A stretch of 17,315 nucleotides of DNA. Source: Candidatus Hydrogenedentota bacterium (GTDB lineage Bacteria > Hydrogenedentota > Hydrogenedentia > Hydrogenedentales > SLHB01). The translations under genes and the position numbers were made by a program. Where the stretch lies: the NCBI GenBank assembly GCA_034408725.1, contig JAWXCN010000025.1:1-17315 (forward strand). Reading direction: 5' to 3'. Shown here one piece after another: positions 7,884 to 16,272 of this stretch; the first letter of the stretch is position 1; every line of letters begins with the position of its first letter. The notes under the pieces were generated by a model. The model was not told the origin of the DNA and made no database searches. It saw only the letters and a program-made list of their open reading frames with translations.

Positions 7884-8516
7884 TTAGGCGGATTTGCGCT
7901 TGATGCCGCAGCCGTATGCCGTGTGCATGGGCTCAGATACGGGCTTGCCGGCCAGCATCTCGTCCAGCGCCGCCTGGGTGAAGCTCTTGTATCCCGAATC
8001 CGTTGTTTTCTTCTGGTTGTCAATAGCGCCGTGGTAAACGAGCTTGCCTTCCTTGTCGACGATGTAAATTTCCGGCGTGCGCGTTGCGCCGAGCGCGTCC
8101 GCGTATTTGTTCCCTTCATCCTTCAAAATGGGGTAGGGAAGTTTTTTGCCGGTATCGTTTTCTTCGGTGGCGTACTTCGCGATTTCCGCGGCCGTTGTCT
8201 GCGCATGAGAATCAATGCTGTAAAACACGACATCCTTGGCGCCGTAGGTTTCCGCTAGCTTTGCAAACGACGCTTCCGTGCCTTTCGAGTACGGGCAGTG
8301 TTGCGAGGTGAACGAAATGACGGCAATCTTTCCCTTCGCGGCCGAGAGCGAGTGCTCCTTGCCCTCATAGTCCTTCAACTTGAAATCCGGCACTGGTTTT
8401 CCGACTTCGAGCGCGGGCGGCACAGCCGCGCTGACGAATCCACTGGATACGATCGCCAAACCCACGGCGGCGACCGCGACGATGAGTGCCAGCATCCCGA
8501 ACTTACTCTTCTTCAT
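7884..8516 (-). CDS. Exported redoxin (AhpC/TSA-like thioredoxin-fold protein)
   Basis: VGKPVPDFKLKD, FTSQHCPYS, GATRTPEIYIVD, YHGAID, GCGIK. Signal peptide. GGAGG SD favours ATG 8516. Confidence 0.85.
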   Translation of the reverse strand: MKKSKFGMLALIVAVAAVGLAIVSSGFVSAAVPPALEVGKPVPDFKLKDYEGKEHSLSAAKGKIAVISFTSQHCPYSKGTEASFAKLAETYGAKDVVFYSIDSHAQTTAAEIAKYATEENDTGKKLPYPILKDEGNKYADALGATRTPEIYIVDKEGKLVYHGAIDNQKKTTDSGYKSFTQAALDEMLAGKPVSEPMHTAYGCGIKRKSA

Positions 8517-8713
8517 CTTTCTCTCCTCCATACGTGCGCGTCTTGCGCATATTTTTTTCTGGGGCCGAACGTACTTAACACAGCTTCAACCGGATTTGTG
8601 CCCGCTTCATTCGGTGTACATTGAAAACATTGGATTCCTCTATCCTAGCGCAGAACCGTCCAAGCCGCAAGCATAGGATTGTCTACTCGTGACAGCGTTC
8701 CGGATTTTGCACA

Positions 8714-9454
8714 TTATTTTGCTTCGCGCACGTAAATATTCCGGAATTGCACAAGACTCGATGCATTGTTCCAGGTCTTTGCCGCCTCGTCGTACCCGCC
8801 ATGAAGCTGCAACGCAATGGGGCCTTTTTCCGGAATGCCGGGGAGCTGGGCATTGTCCAACACGTTCGTGCCGTTCAATACCACGGTCAGGCGATCTCCC
8901 TTGGTCGTGAGCAGAAACGTGTTCCATTCGCCGACGGGTTTGTCCGCCTTGGACTTGGGCGTTACGCCGGCGCGCACTTCCGCGGGCTGCTTGTCATCCA
9001 TCCTGTATCCGTAGACTTCACCAGAACCGACTGGCCAGCACCAGATGTTCACCTGGGCCTTGCTTGTCCCGCGTAGGTAAATTCCGGAATCAGCATTGCC
9101 GATAGGTTCCGTAACGTCCTTACCCTCGGCGTCTTTTTTGTGCAAGCCGCTCGGAAGGACGACAGGTACGTTGTACGTGCCTTCGGTGCGCTTGATTTTC
9201 CATTCGCAAAACAACTCGATGTCGCCAAATTCCTGTTCGCTCCACAGACTGGTCTCGCCCTGACGGCCGGTTTTCGGGTCACAATCAATGGTTCCGTCCA
9301 CCACGCTCCAGCAATCGGCGGCGGTTTCCGGAACCTTCCAACCGGAGAGGTCTTTGCCGTTGAACAGCGATTTCCAGCCTTCTCCCGGCGGAGGCGCGGC
9401 CAAGGTGACTTGAACCAGCGCCAGCAACACGCCCGCGACAATCCACTTTCTCAT
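8714..9454 (-). CDS. Secreted DUF1080 (3-keto-glycoside hydrolase/eliminase-like) protein
   Basis: GWKSLFNGKDLSGW, NADSGIYLRG, KPVGEWN, VVLNG, GPIALQLHG, VQFRNIYVRE. Signal peptide starts at MRKWIV with a GGAG SD. Confidence 0.9.
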   Translation of the reverse strand: MRKWIVAGVLLALVQVTLAAPPPGEGWKSLFNGKDLSGWKVPETAADCWSVVDGTIDCDPKTGRQGETSLWSEQEFGDIELFCEWKIKRTEGTYNVPVVLPSGLHKKDAEGKDVTEPIGNADSGIYLRGTSKAQVNIWCWPVGSGEVYGYRMDDKQPAEVRAGVTPKSKADKPVGEWNTFLLTTKGDRLTVVLNGTNVLDNAQLPGIPEKGPIALQLHGGYDEAAKTWNNASSLVQFRNIYVREAK

Positions 9455-9539
9455 AGGTGTAAGCTCCATTCGTATGTTGGCTAGTGTCTTGAATCCCAAA
9501 TCCTTGGCAAAAGTCACACGCATAATCCGATCTTCAAAG

Positions 9540-9568
9540 TCCCCCTTTGAAGGGGGATTTAGGGGGAT
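9540..9568. repeat. REP-like palindrome with an extra G-tract: TCCCCCTT-TG-AAGGGGGA-TTT-AGGGGGAT
   Basis: 8-bp inverted repeat followed by a direct copy of the G arm; intergenic. Confidence 0.7.
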
Positions 9569-9619
9569 GTAAGCTCTGATTTCCAAACTTCATATAGAAC
9601 GAATCTCAAACTCAGGACA

Positions 9620-10576
9620 CTAATTGCAATCGGCAACCAGCGGACCCGCAAGTTCCTTGAGGAAAAACAATCGCCCCGGCAGCGTTGGCATGAGCGTGCT
9701 CGGAATCCACGGGGTTGGCTGGTGGTGCAGCGTTGCCCATAACGACATGCCCTGCCACATCATTCCACGGCCCAGTGATCCGTCAGCCCCACCGATGATC
9801 CGGTCGGATTTCAGGAACAAGCCAGGTCCAATAGTGTTCGCGGTTGCCGGCACCAGCGTCGTCCGGCTTTTGAAACTGGTGATCGCGTTTTGCTCGATGG
9901 TCAACGGATGCAGCTTTGCGCCGAGCCGGTATTCGGCCTTTTTCCATGCTTCGACGGACTTGTATTCCGCGGCGAAGTGCGGTTCCCAGAACGCAATGTG
10001 GCACACGCGCCCGATGCCGAACACGGTAATGAGACGCGCGCCGATTTTCTTTAACGCGCGAATTTGTTCGGGATACTTCGGAAGATCGTTTTTCGTCGCA
10101 AAGTGCCGCTGCGATTTCGGCACGGTCAGTTTCCCGAGCGGACCGTAGAACGCATGCTCCATTGCGTATTGGAACGCACCCGGATCGCACGAGGGCAATG
10201 TGTTGCCTTTCTGGTCGCTCCACTCGTCCATGTTAAAGCCGTGGACGTGCCGGCAATCGACGTTCCACTCGGTAAGAAAGTAGATGGTCCACTTGTACAT
10301 ACCCATCGGTCCGACCGGGAGAATGAAGGCGATCTGTTTGCCGGTGTCTTTCGCGCGCGCGATTTCGAGGGCAATTTCGTGTCCCATCATCGTATCGAAA
10401 TCGGAAAGCGATTCACAGGCTATCGGCTCGAACTTCCGGTTCCACCAGCTTTCCCGGCGCGTGATTGTTTCCGGCGCGCGCGCGCAGAGCTCGTCGAGGA
10501 GCTTCAGGTTCCACCCTTCGGGAAAAAACGATTCAAGCAACGATCCCCGAAGCGTGGTCATTAAATTTATTGCCAT
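9620..10576 (-). CDS. Divergent NagB-like (glucosamine-6-phosphate isomerase/deaminase superfamily) protein
   Basis: [32 protein letters not shown] and ANTIGP align to NagB motifs. GGGGAGG SD; alternative GTG start at 10585. Confidence 0.8.
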   Translation of the reverse strand: MAINLMTTLRGSLLESFFPEGWNLKLLDELCARAPETITRRESWWNRKFEPIACESLSDFDTMMGHEIALEIARAKDTGKQIAFILPVGPMGMYKWTIYFLTEWNVDCRHVHGFNMDEWSDQKGNTLPSCDPGAFQYAMEHAFYGPLGKLTVPKSQRHFATKNDLPKYPEQIRALKKIGARLITVFGIGRVCHIAFWEPHFAAEYKSVEAWKKAEYRLGAKLHPLTIEQNAITSFKSRTTLVPATANTIGPGLFLKSDRIIGGADGSLGRGMMWQGMSLWATLHHQPTPWIPSTLMPTLPGRLFFLKELAGPLVADCN

Positions 10577-10662
10577 GGAAAACACGTCCTCCCCTTAGAA
10601 TCCCCATCATACCCCCAAAGCCGACGAGCGGTCCTTGCCAGTACTTCCGCTCGACGAAGATA

Positions 10663-12234
10663 CTATTCTTCGTCGTCCGGTCCGACTGCGTCCTTCTTCC
10701 AAATCTCGAATCCTTCATAAATGTTCGCCATGCCGATGTAAAGGTCGTCGCCAACGGCCAGCATGTTTCGCGCGCCGTAGTTATAGGGGTCTCCGAGGCC
10801 ATCCGAAAAAAGCGCCTCCCAAGTCACGCCATCGCGCGAGCGATAGAGATCGCCCCCGATGCCGAGTTGCCCGCTGATGAATGTCGGGCGGCGTTTTGTT
10901 CCCGTCGCGAAATTGTCGAACGCGTCATCAACGAGCGAGAGTCTTGGAACTTCCCAGTCCGTCGAGAGAAACGTAAGTAATTGTTCGAGCGATTCGGGGA
11001 ACTCGTCGATGGCGTATTGCACAATCGAGGTCTGGTCCCACGTGCCGACGTACAGTTGCCCCTTGTACTCGACCATCGACCAGATGTAGGCGTTTTGAGG
11101 CTTTCCAAACCCCGAGCCGAGTCCCGAAATCGAACCCGGACCGATAACGGCCTCCAACTCGTCATTGACGTCCAATCTCATGAGGTCGGCGCCGCGCAAG
11201 AGCGATCCATCACCGGTACGGTTCAACCCTCCGAGAATCTGCGTGCCGAAATAGATGTGGTCCTTGAACACGTAGCTGGTCGCCGCCGCGAAGTTGCCGC
11301 GCCAGGTTCCGCCGTTTCGGATAACGCGGACGGGCGGGCCCGCGTTTTGGCCGGCGCCTTCCATCTTCCAGACCTGGAACCCTTCTAGCACGTTCGCGAC
11401 GGAAACGTACAGGTATCCATTGAACGAGGCGATGGTCCACACGCCCGCGTTCGCAGGGTCGCCGAAGCCATTGTCGATGATCTGCCACGTGTCCGTGCCG
11501 TCGTGCGCCCATACCTGGCTGGGCGAGCCGTCGCCGATTTCCCCGCCGGGCAAAACCCCGAAATAGAGGATTCCGTTATGGACAGCCATTGCGCGTATCG
11601 AGCCGCGATCGCCGTATGACCAGATTTTTTCCCATGTACCTTCTTCTCCCGTGGAGGTTCGCCAAAGCGACGGGTCCTGGGACATGCTGCCCGCATAGAG
11701 GTATTTCAGACCACCCTTGGGTTTGTAGACAAGCAACGAACGGAATCCCGTTGTCTCGAAAAGCGGCCCTTGCTCGAAATCGCGGATGTCGAGCACGCTC
11801 TGCCAAGTTGTCGCGCTGATATCAGGCCGGTAGCGCCGCACTTCGCCAGGCCGTAATGGGGGGAAGGGCAGACCAATCAGACCGAGTTCGTACAACACCT
11901 GATCGTCTATGCCATTGCCGGTGGAACAATAGATGTGACCTTCATCGCTGCCGTCCGCTTTGAAGTACTGGAGACCCCAGGGGTAATCGTTCATGTCTAT
12001 CAGGTTCTCGACATACCCGAAGCCGTTGCGGTTTATCTGCGTAAAACCGTGGGCCTTGACAGCCCCGCCAATGGGGCATTGGATATTGGAAGCGCCCAAC
12101 AGCAAAGGAAGAGCCATCAGTGCGCACCAACGGGTTATACGCGCCAGACGCACGCGCGAACAGACGGACGAATACTCGCCAGATAAAAACATTTCACCTG
12201 CCTTGTTCAACATGAGGCCGCACCACAGCCACAT
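10663..12234 (-). CDS. Hypothetical secreted repeat protein, probably a beta-propeller
   Basis: Recurring units (NGFG...N..W.[MI]..[FY].G.LYVG): NGFGDPANAGVWTIASFNGYLYV, GFGKPQNAYIWSMVEYKGQLYVG, DGLGDPYNYGARNML. Hydrophobic N-terminal segment. Start uncertain. Confidence 0.7.
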   Translation of the reverse strand: MWLWCGLMLNKAGEMFLSGEYSSVCSRVRLARITRWCALMALPLLLGASNIQCPIGGAVKAHGFTQINRNGFGYVENLIDMNDYPWGLQYFKADGSDEGHIYCSTGNGIDDQVLYELGLIGLPFPPLRPGEVRRYRPDISATTWQSVLDIRDFEQGPLFETTGFRSLLVYKPKGGLKYLYAGSMSQDPSLWRTSTGEEGTWEKIWSYGDRGSIRAMAVHNGILYFGVLPGGEIGDGSPSQVWAHDGTDTWQIIDNGFGDPANAGVWTIASFNGYLYVSVANVLEGFQVWKMEGAGQNAGPPVRVIRNGGTWRGNFAAATSYVFKDHIYFGTQILGGLNRTGDGSLLRGADLMRLDVNDELEAVIGPGSISGLGSGFGKPQNAYIWSMVEYKGQLYVGTWDQTSIVQYAIDEFPESLEQLLTFLSTDWEVPRLSLVDDAFDNFATGTKRRPTFISGQLGIGGDLYRSRDGVTWEALFSDGLGDPYNYGARNMLAVGDDLYIGMANIYEGFEIWKKDAVGPDDEE

Positions 12235-12346
12235 TTAACAGTAGCAATGTATGGGGTATTCCGGCAAGCGCCAGCAGCAGTAATGTTTAGCAGGCGAAAG
12301 TGCGAATCATTTTACGTCCGGTCGCGATTCGTTTGAGCCTTCCCCG

Positions 12347-14023
12347 TTACCCTTGATCCTGCGCATCAGCACGCGGCAACATTCTGTATAGCGTGAACCC
12401 AATCACCCAATAAACTGCCAGCGCGATTGCCGCAATCCAATACGGATTCATTTGCGGTCCATACACGCTTGTCTCCGTCGCAGTCGCGCTCAATGCCCAG
12501 GCCCCGCCGCAGAATGGTCCCATAAAAAAGCAAACCGAGACCAGTCCCGCGCGCCTGTGCGAGGGGTTTCGCGCCATCGTCACGCCAAATGCAATCACCG
12601 CAATCGAGACTACGACCTCAATCATTCCGAGCACGTAGCGGCCTGATACGAACGATATCGTGATCGGCCCCGCCATCGGCCCTAGCACCGCTCCGATTAA
12701 CGCGCCAAGGTCATTCCAGAAGATTACGCGCGGGCTTGGCCGCGGCGCACCGCTTTGCGGGTCGATTCGGATGATGGGAGGATTCGCGTCAAACGCGGCC
12801 TGGTCCCGGCTGATTCGGACGCCGTGGCGAAATAGCATCGCGTAAGCGAGGTGGACAAGCACGAGGCCAATGGCGGCGGGCGTTTTGATTGCACTCGCGC
12901 CGGGAACGGTATCAAGCCACCACAGCGCGCCCAGCGAACCAATTACTGCGACGGCCAAGGTCCACCCAAACGTGATATGCACGCTGCGCAACGACAGCGC
13001 CGATTCTTCAATCGGAGCGTGGAAATCCTCCTTGGCGATACGCGCGATGCCTTGGTTTCCATAGATGATCGCAATAACGAGGGCGGGAACGTATGCAATC
13101 CATCCAAGCCCGCACAACAAATACTTAAGGGACAGATCGTCCGCAAACATCGCGCTGCAAGCGCCCAAATATCCGAGGAATATCCATACCGCGGCCCACC
13201 CGTAACCCACAAATTTCAGCATGAATCGCCGTGCCCGTAACGAAGGGGAATTGCGAATGCTCATCCACATGCCCAGAAACGCGCCCCCCGTACCGATAAC
13301 GGGTCCGGCCAATCCCGCAAGCGCAGTCATGCTGGCGGCGGAAAGTCCGCCGGCGGCGCCTGCTCCCTTTGCCGTCGTCGCGCCGAGCGTCCCCGCAGCC
13401 GCCGATTGCACTACTATGACCGGCAGCATGCCCATCACCGCCGTGGACAGGTCAGTTCCGGGCTTCGTGCGCTCAAGCGTCGTTTCAACGACTTGAGCAA
13501 TGTGGCCCTTCACCATTTTCCGGCCGCGGGCAAGCCGCTGTTTCGCGCAATCCTCGGATACGCCCAAGGCCGCTGCGACATTGCGCACGGATTGCCCTTC
13601 GCGGTAGAAGAGGACCAACGGTTCGCGGTATTCCAGCGGGATGGCCTCGATCGTTTTCCAAACCAAAGCTTCCCGCTCCTTGTCGTCCAAGGCCGCGACC
13701 AAGTCCACGGATTCCGGCGCATCTACCGGGGACAATTCGCCGGCTCGCCCGAGCGGATCGCGTTCCATCCGCCGTTGCAGGTTTTTTGCGATGTTCCGCG
13801 CGATTCCGCACAACCATGCAGGCAGCTTGCCGACGTCGCGAAGGTCCCCAAGCCGCTGCCATGCAACTACGAACGCCTCCTGCGCAATGTCTTCGCTTTG
13901 GTGGACGTTGCCGGTAACGCTGTATGCCGTCGCACACACAACCCCCTGATACTGGGAGACAATCGTCCCGAAAGCTTCTTTGTCACCCTTGAGGCTGGCC
14001 TGGATTTGTTTTTCTATATCCAC
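12347..14023 (-). CDS. ECF sigma70 factor fused to a C-terminal polytopic membrane domain
   Basis: Region 2 (GDKEAF...SEDIAQEAFVVAW...LPAWLCGIARN) and region 4 (IPLEYREPLVLFYREGQSVRNVAAALGVSEDCAKQRLARGR), then an Ala/Gly linker and about 8-9 hydrophobic segments. AAGGAGG SD places a GTG start at 14023 (558 aa). Confidence 0.92.
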   Translation of the reverse strand: MDIEKQIQASLKGDKEAFGTIVSQYQGVVCATAYSVTGNVHQSEDIAQEAFVVAWQRLGDLRDVGKLPAWLCGIARNIAKNLQRRMERDPLGRAGELSPVDAPESVDLVAALDDKEREALVWKTIEAIPLEYREPLVLFYREGQSVRNVAAALGVSEDCAKQRLARGRKMVKGHIAQVVETTLERTKPGTDLSTAVMGMLPVIVVQSAAAGTLGATTAKGAGAAGGLSAASMTALAGLAGPVIGTGGAFLGMWMSIRNSPSLRARRFMLKFVGYGWAAVWIFLGYLGACSAMFADDLSLKYLLCGLGWIAYVPALVIAIIYGNQGIARIAKEDFHAPIEESALSLRSVHITFGWTLAVAVIGSLGALWWLDTVPGASAIKTPAAIGLVLVHLAYAMLFRHGVRISRDQAAFDANPPIIRIDPQSGAPRPSPRVIFWNDLGALIGAVLGPMAGPITISFVSGRYVLGMIEVVVSIAVIAFGVTMARNPSHRRAGLVSVCFFMGPFCGGAWALSATATETSVYGPQMNPYWIAAIALAVYWVIGFTLYRMLPRADAQDQG

Positions 14024-14225
14024 TTGCGTAGGCCTCCTTTGCCCATCATACGGTAGTGGCAAAAAAGGCATTCCAGGTGACAACTGCGCAAGACGGTGTA
14101 TAGCCGAGTAGCCGGTCCAAGTGCATACTTAAACAAATCGGTGGTTCGTTTAGTCGCTTGGTTACAATTCAAATATCGACGATGGCTTATTATGTGGAGC
14201 ACATATCTCGGTTGAGGGAAAAAAT

Positions 14226-14963
14226 ATGTATGCACAAATGCGCGGACTTGTGACGCCGAGCGACGATACATGCGTTTGGCGGTACATGTCGATTGACAAA
14301 TTTCTTTATTTGCTTGCCGAGTCCAAGCTGTTTCTTTGCCGAGCGGACAACCTAATGGATGCTTGGGAGGGGGCGGTTTTACAGTCGCACATTCGCACGA
14401 TGTTGCCTGCGCACTGGGATTTGTCAGTGCGTGGAGAAATTGGAGAAATCATTCAAGGCTACTCCAGGCAAATGCGCAAATGTACGTATCTGAACTGTTG
14501 GCACATTAATAATATTGAATCTGCCGCCATGTGGGATGCATGTAGTAAGAAAAGTGATTCGATTGCGCTGCGCACAAATGTCGGCAGACTTAAACGATCT
14601 ATTACGACTTCCGAAACGTTAATGATTGGTGAAGTGCGGTATGCAGACTATGAATCGGATGAATCCTTGGGTACCTTAGAAACAATTCGCCCCTTCTTTG
14701 CTAAACGCAAGTGTTTTGAACATGAAAGAGAATTACGATTAATAATCCAAAATTGCCCCATAGGAGATGATTCTATCGGTTGGGACGATACGCAGGATTA
14801 CATGGCGTTGGATGTTAACCTTTTGGTACTCATCGAGGCTGTCTTCGTGTCTCCATATGCTGAGAAATGGTTAGTTTCGCCGTTGGAGAAAATATTAAAT
14901 AGGATGCTGGATTCTGCGGTGCCTGTCCACCGGTCCCAATTATTCAACTTTGACCGACAATAG
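14226..14963 (+). CDS. DUF2971-like protein
   Basis: VWRYMSIDKF..LL....LF..AD...D.WEG, YLNCWH...ESAAMW, V.Y.DY, KRKCFEHERELR, LIEAVFVSP. GAGGG SD. AT-rich. Confidence 0.78.
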   Translation: MYAQMRGLVTPSDDTCVWRYMSIDKFLYLLAESKLFLCRADNLMDAWEGAVLQSHIRTMLPAHWDLSVRGEIGEIIQGYSRQMRKCTYLNCWHINNIESAAMWDACSKKSDSIALRTNVGRLKRSITTSETLMIGEVRYADYESDESLGTLETIRPFFAKRKCFEHERELRLIIQNCPIGDDSIGWDDTQDYMALDVNLLVLIEAVFVSPYAEKWLVSPLEKILNRMLDSAVPVHRSQLFNFDRQ

Positions 14964-15008
14964 TTTGAAATCTTTACCGATTCCAATCGTGACCAGAGAG
15001 ACCGTCTT

Positions 15009-16262
15009 TCAACCCGCGCGGTAGGGCATCCGGTCCGAGTTGGGCACGCGCGGGGTAAGTTTAGTGTCCGTGACGACGACAACGCCGCCGGGAGATACGT
15101 GGAACCGCTTAGCGTCCTCACGCGCATCGTAGCCGATGATGGTGTTTTCAGGGACGGCGACATCGCGTTCGACAATCGCGCGCCGGATGCGGCAGTTCCG
15201 GCCAATGTTGCATCCCGGCAGCAGGATGCTTTCTTCAACGTGTGAATAGCTGTTCACCCGCACGTTCGGCGACAGTACGCTGCGTTTCACGAGTCCGCCG
15301 CTGACAATGCACCCGAGGCTGACAATCGAATCGACCGCGGCGCCAAACCGCACGCCTTCCGCGCCGAAGACAAACTTGGCCGGCGGCAGGTTACGCAGCC
15401 GCGTGCGGATCGGCCAGTCCTTGTCGTAGAGATTGAAGAATGGTTCAATATCTACGAGGTCCATGTTCGCTTCCCAGTACGAATCGAGTGTTCCCACGTC
15501 GCGCCAATACGGGATAGATTTTTTGTTTTCATCGCGGAACATGTAGGCGTAGACACTGTGAGACCCGATTAATTCCGGAAGAATGTCCTTTCCGAAATCG
15601 TGCGACGACTTTCTGCTCTTCGCATCCTTGGTAACGGCATCGCGCAAAATCGCGGTGTTGAAGACATACACGCCCATCGACGCGAGCGCGGTGTTGGCCT
15701 GGTCTGGCAAGGATGCGGGGTTTGACGGCTTTTCCTGAAAACCCGATACCCGCGCCGTGTAGTCCACCTCGAGTACCCCGAAGCGGTTGGCTTGTTCGAT
15801 GGGCATTTCGATTGCCGCAATCGTGAGGTCCGCGCCGTTGCGCCGGTGGAACGCGATCATTTCGCCATAGTCCATTTTGTAAATGTGATCGCCAGAGAGG
15901 ATCAGCACCTCCTTGGGCTCGGAGGGTTCGATCGAGTACAAGTTCTGGTAAATGGCGTCGGCCGTGCCGAGATACCAGTCTTCGCCCACGCGTTTTTGCG
16001 CGGGCACGGCCTCAATGTACTCGTTGAGATCGCCGGATAGCATGCCCCAGCCATCGCGGATGTGGCGGACCAGCGATTGTGACTTGTACTGCACCAGCAC
16101 CAGCACGCGCCGGCATTGCGAGTTCAGGCAGTTGGACAGCGTAAAATCAATGAGGCGGTAATGTCCGCCAAACTGCACGGCGGGTTTTGCGCGTTCCTGA
16201 GTCAGTGGGTGGAGGCGTTCCCCTTGCCCGCCGGCAAGAACAACCGCGATCACCTCGCGCAT
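15009..16262 (-). CDS. glgC: Glucose-1-phosphate adenylyltransferase
   Basis: VLAGGQGERLHPLTQERAKPAVQFGG.YRLIDF.LSN, YLGTADAIYQN, LSGDHIYKMDY, FQEKP, ASMGVYVF, HDFGKDI, YWRDVGTLDSYWEAN. True start MREVIA at 16262. Confidence 0.97.
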   Translation of the reverse strand: MREVIAVVLAGGQGERLHPLTQERAKPAVQFGGHYRLIDFTLSNCLNSQCRRVLVLVQYKSQSLVRHIRDGWGMLSGDLNEYIEAVPAQKRVGEDWYLGTADAIYQNLYSIEPSEPKEVLILSGDHIYKMDYGEMIAFHRRNGADLTIAAIEMPIEQANRFGVLEVDYTARVSGFQEKPSNPASLPDQANTALASMGVYVFNTAILRDAVTKDAKSRKSSHDFGKDILPELIGSHSVYAYMFRDENKKSIPYWRDVGTLDSYWEANMDLVDIEPFFNLYDKDWPIRTRLRNLPPAKFVFGAEGVRFGAAVDSIVSLGCIVSGGLVKRSVLSPNVRVNSYSHVEESILLPGCNIGRNCRIRRAIVERDVAVPENTIIGYDAREDAKRFHVSPGGVVVVTDTKLTPRVPNSDRMPYRAG

Positions 16263-16272
16263 GTCGTAGAGA

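Noticed and set aside
4961..8516. Selenocysteine recoding in the redoxins
   Set aside because: Active-site positions are Cys codons and the ORFs are uninterrupted.
9455..9586. N-terminal extension of the DUF1080 ORF
   Set aside because: It reads through the REP-like repeat. The SD and signal peptide support a start at 9454.
12239..12286. Imperfect direct repeat CAGTAGCAATGT / CAGCAGTAATGT
   Set aside because: Only two copies with 2 mismatches in 12 nt; compatible with chance.
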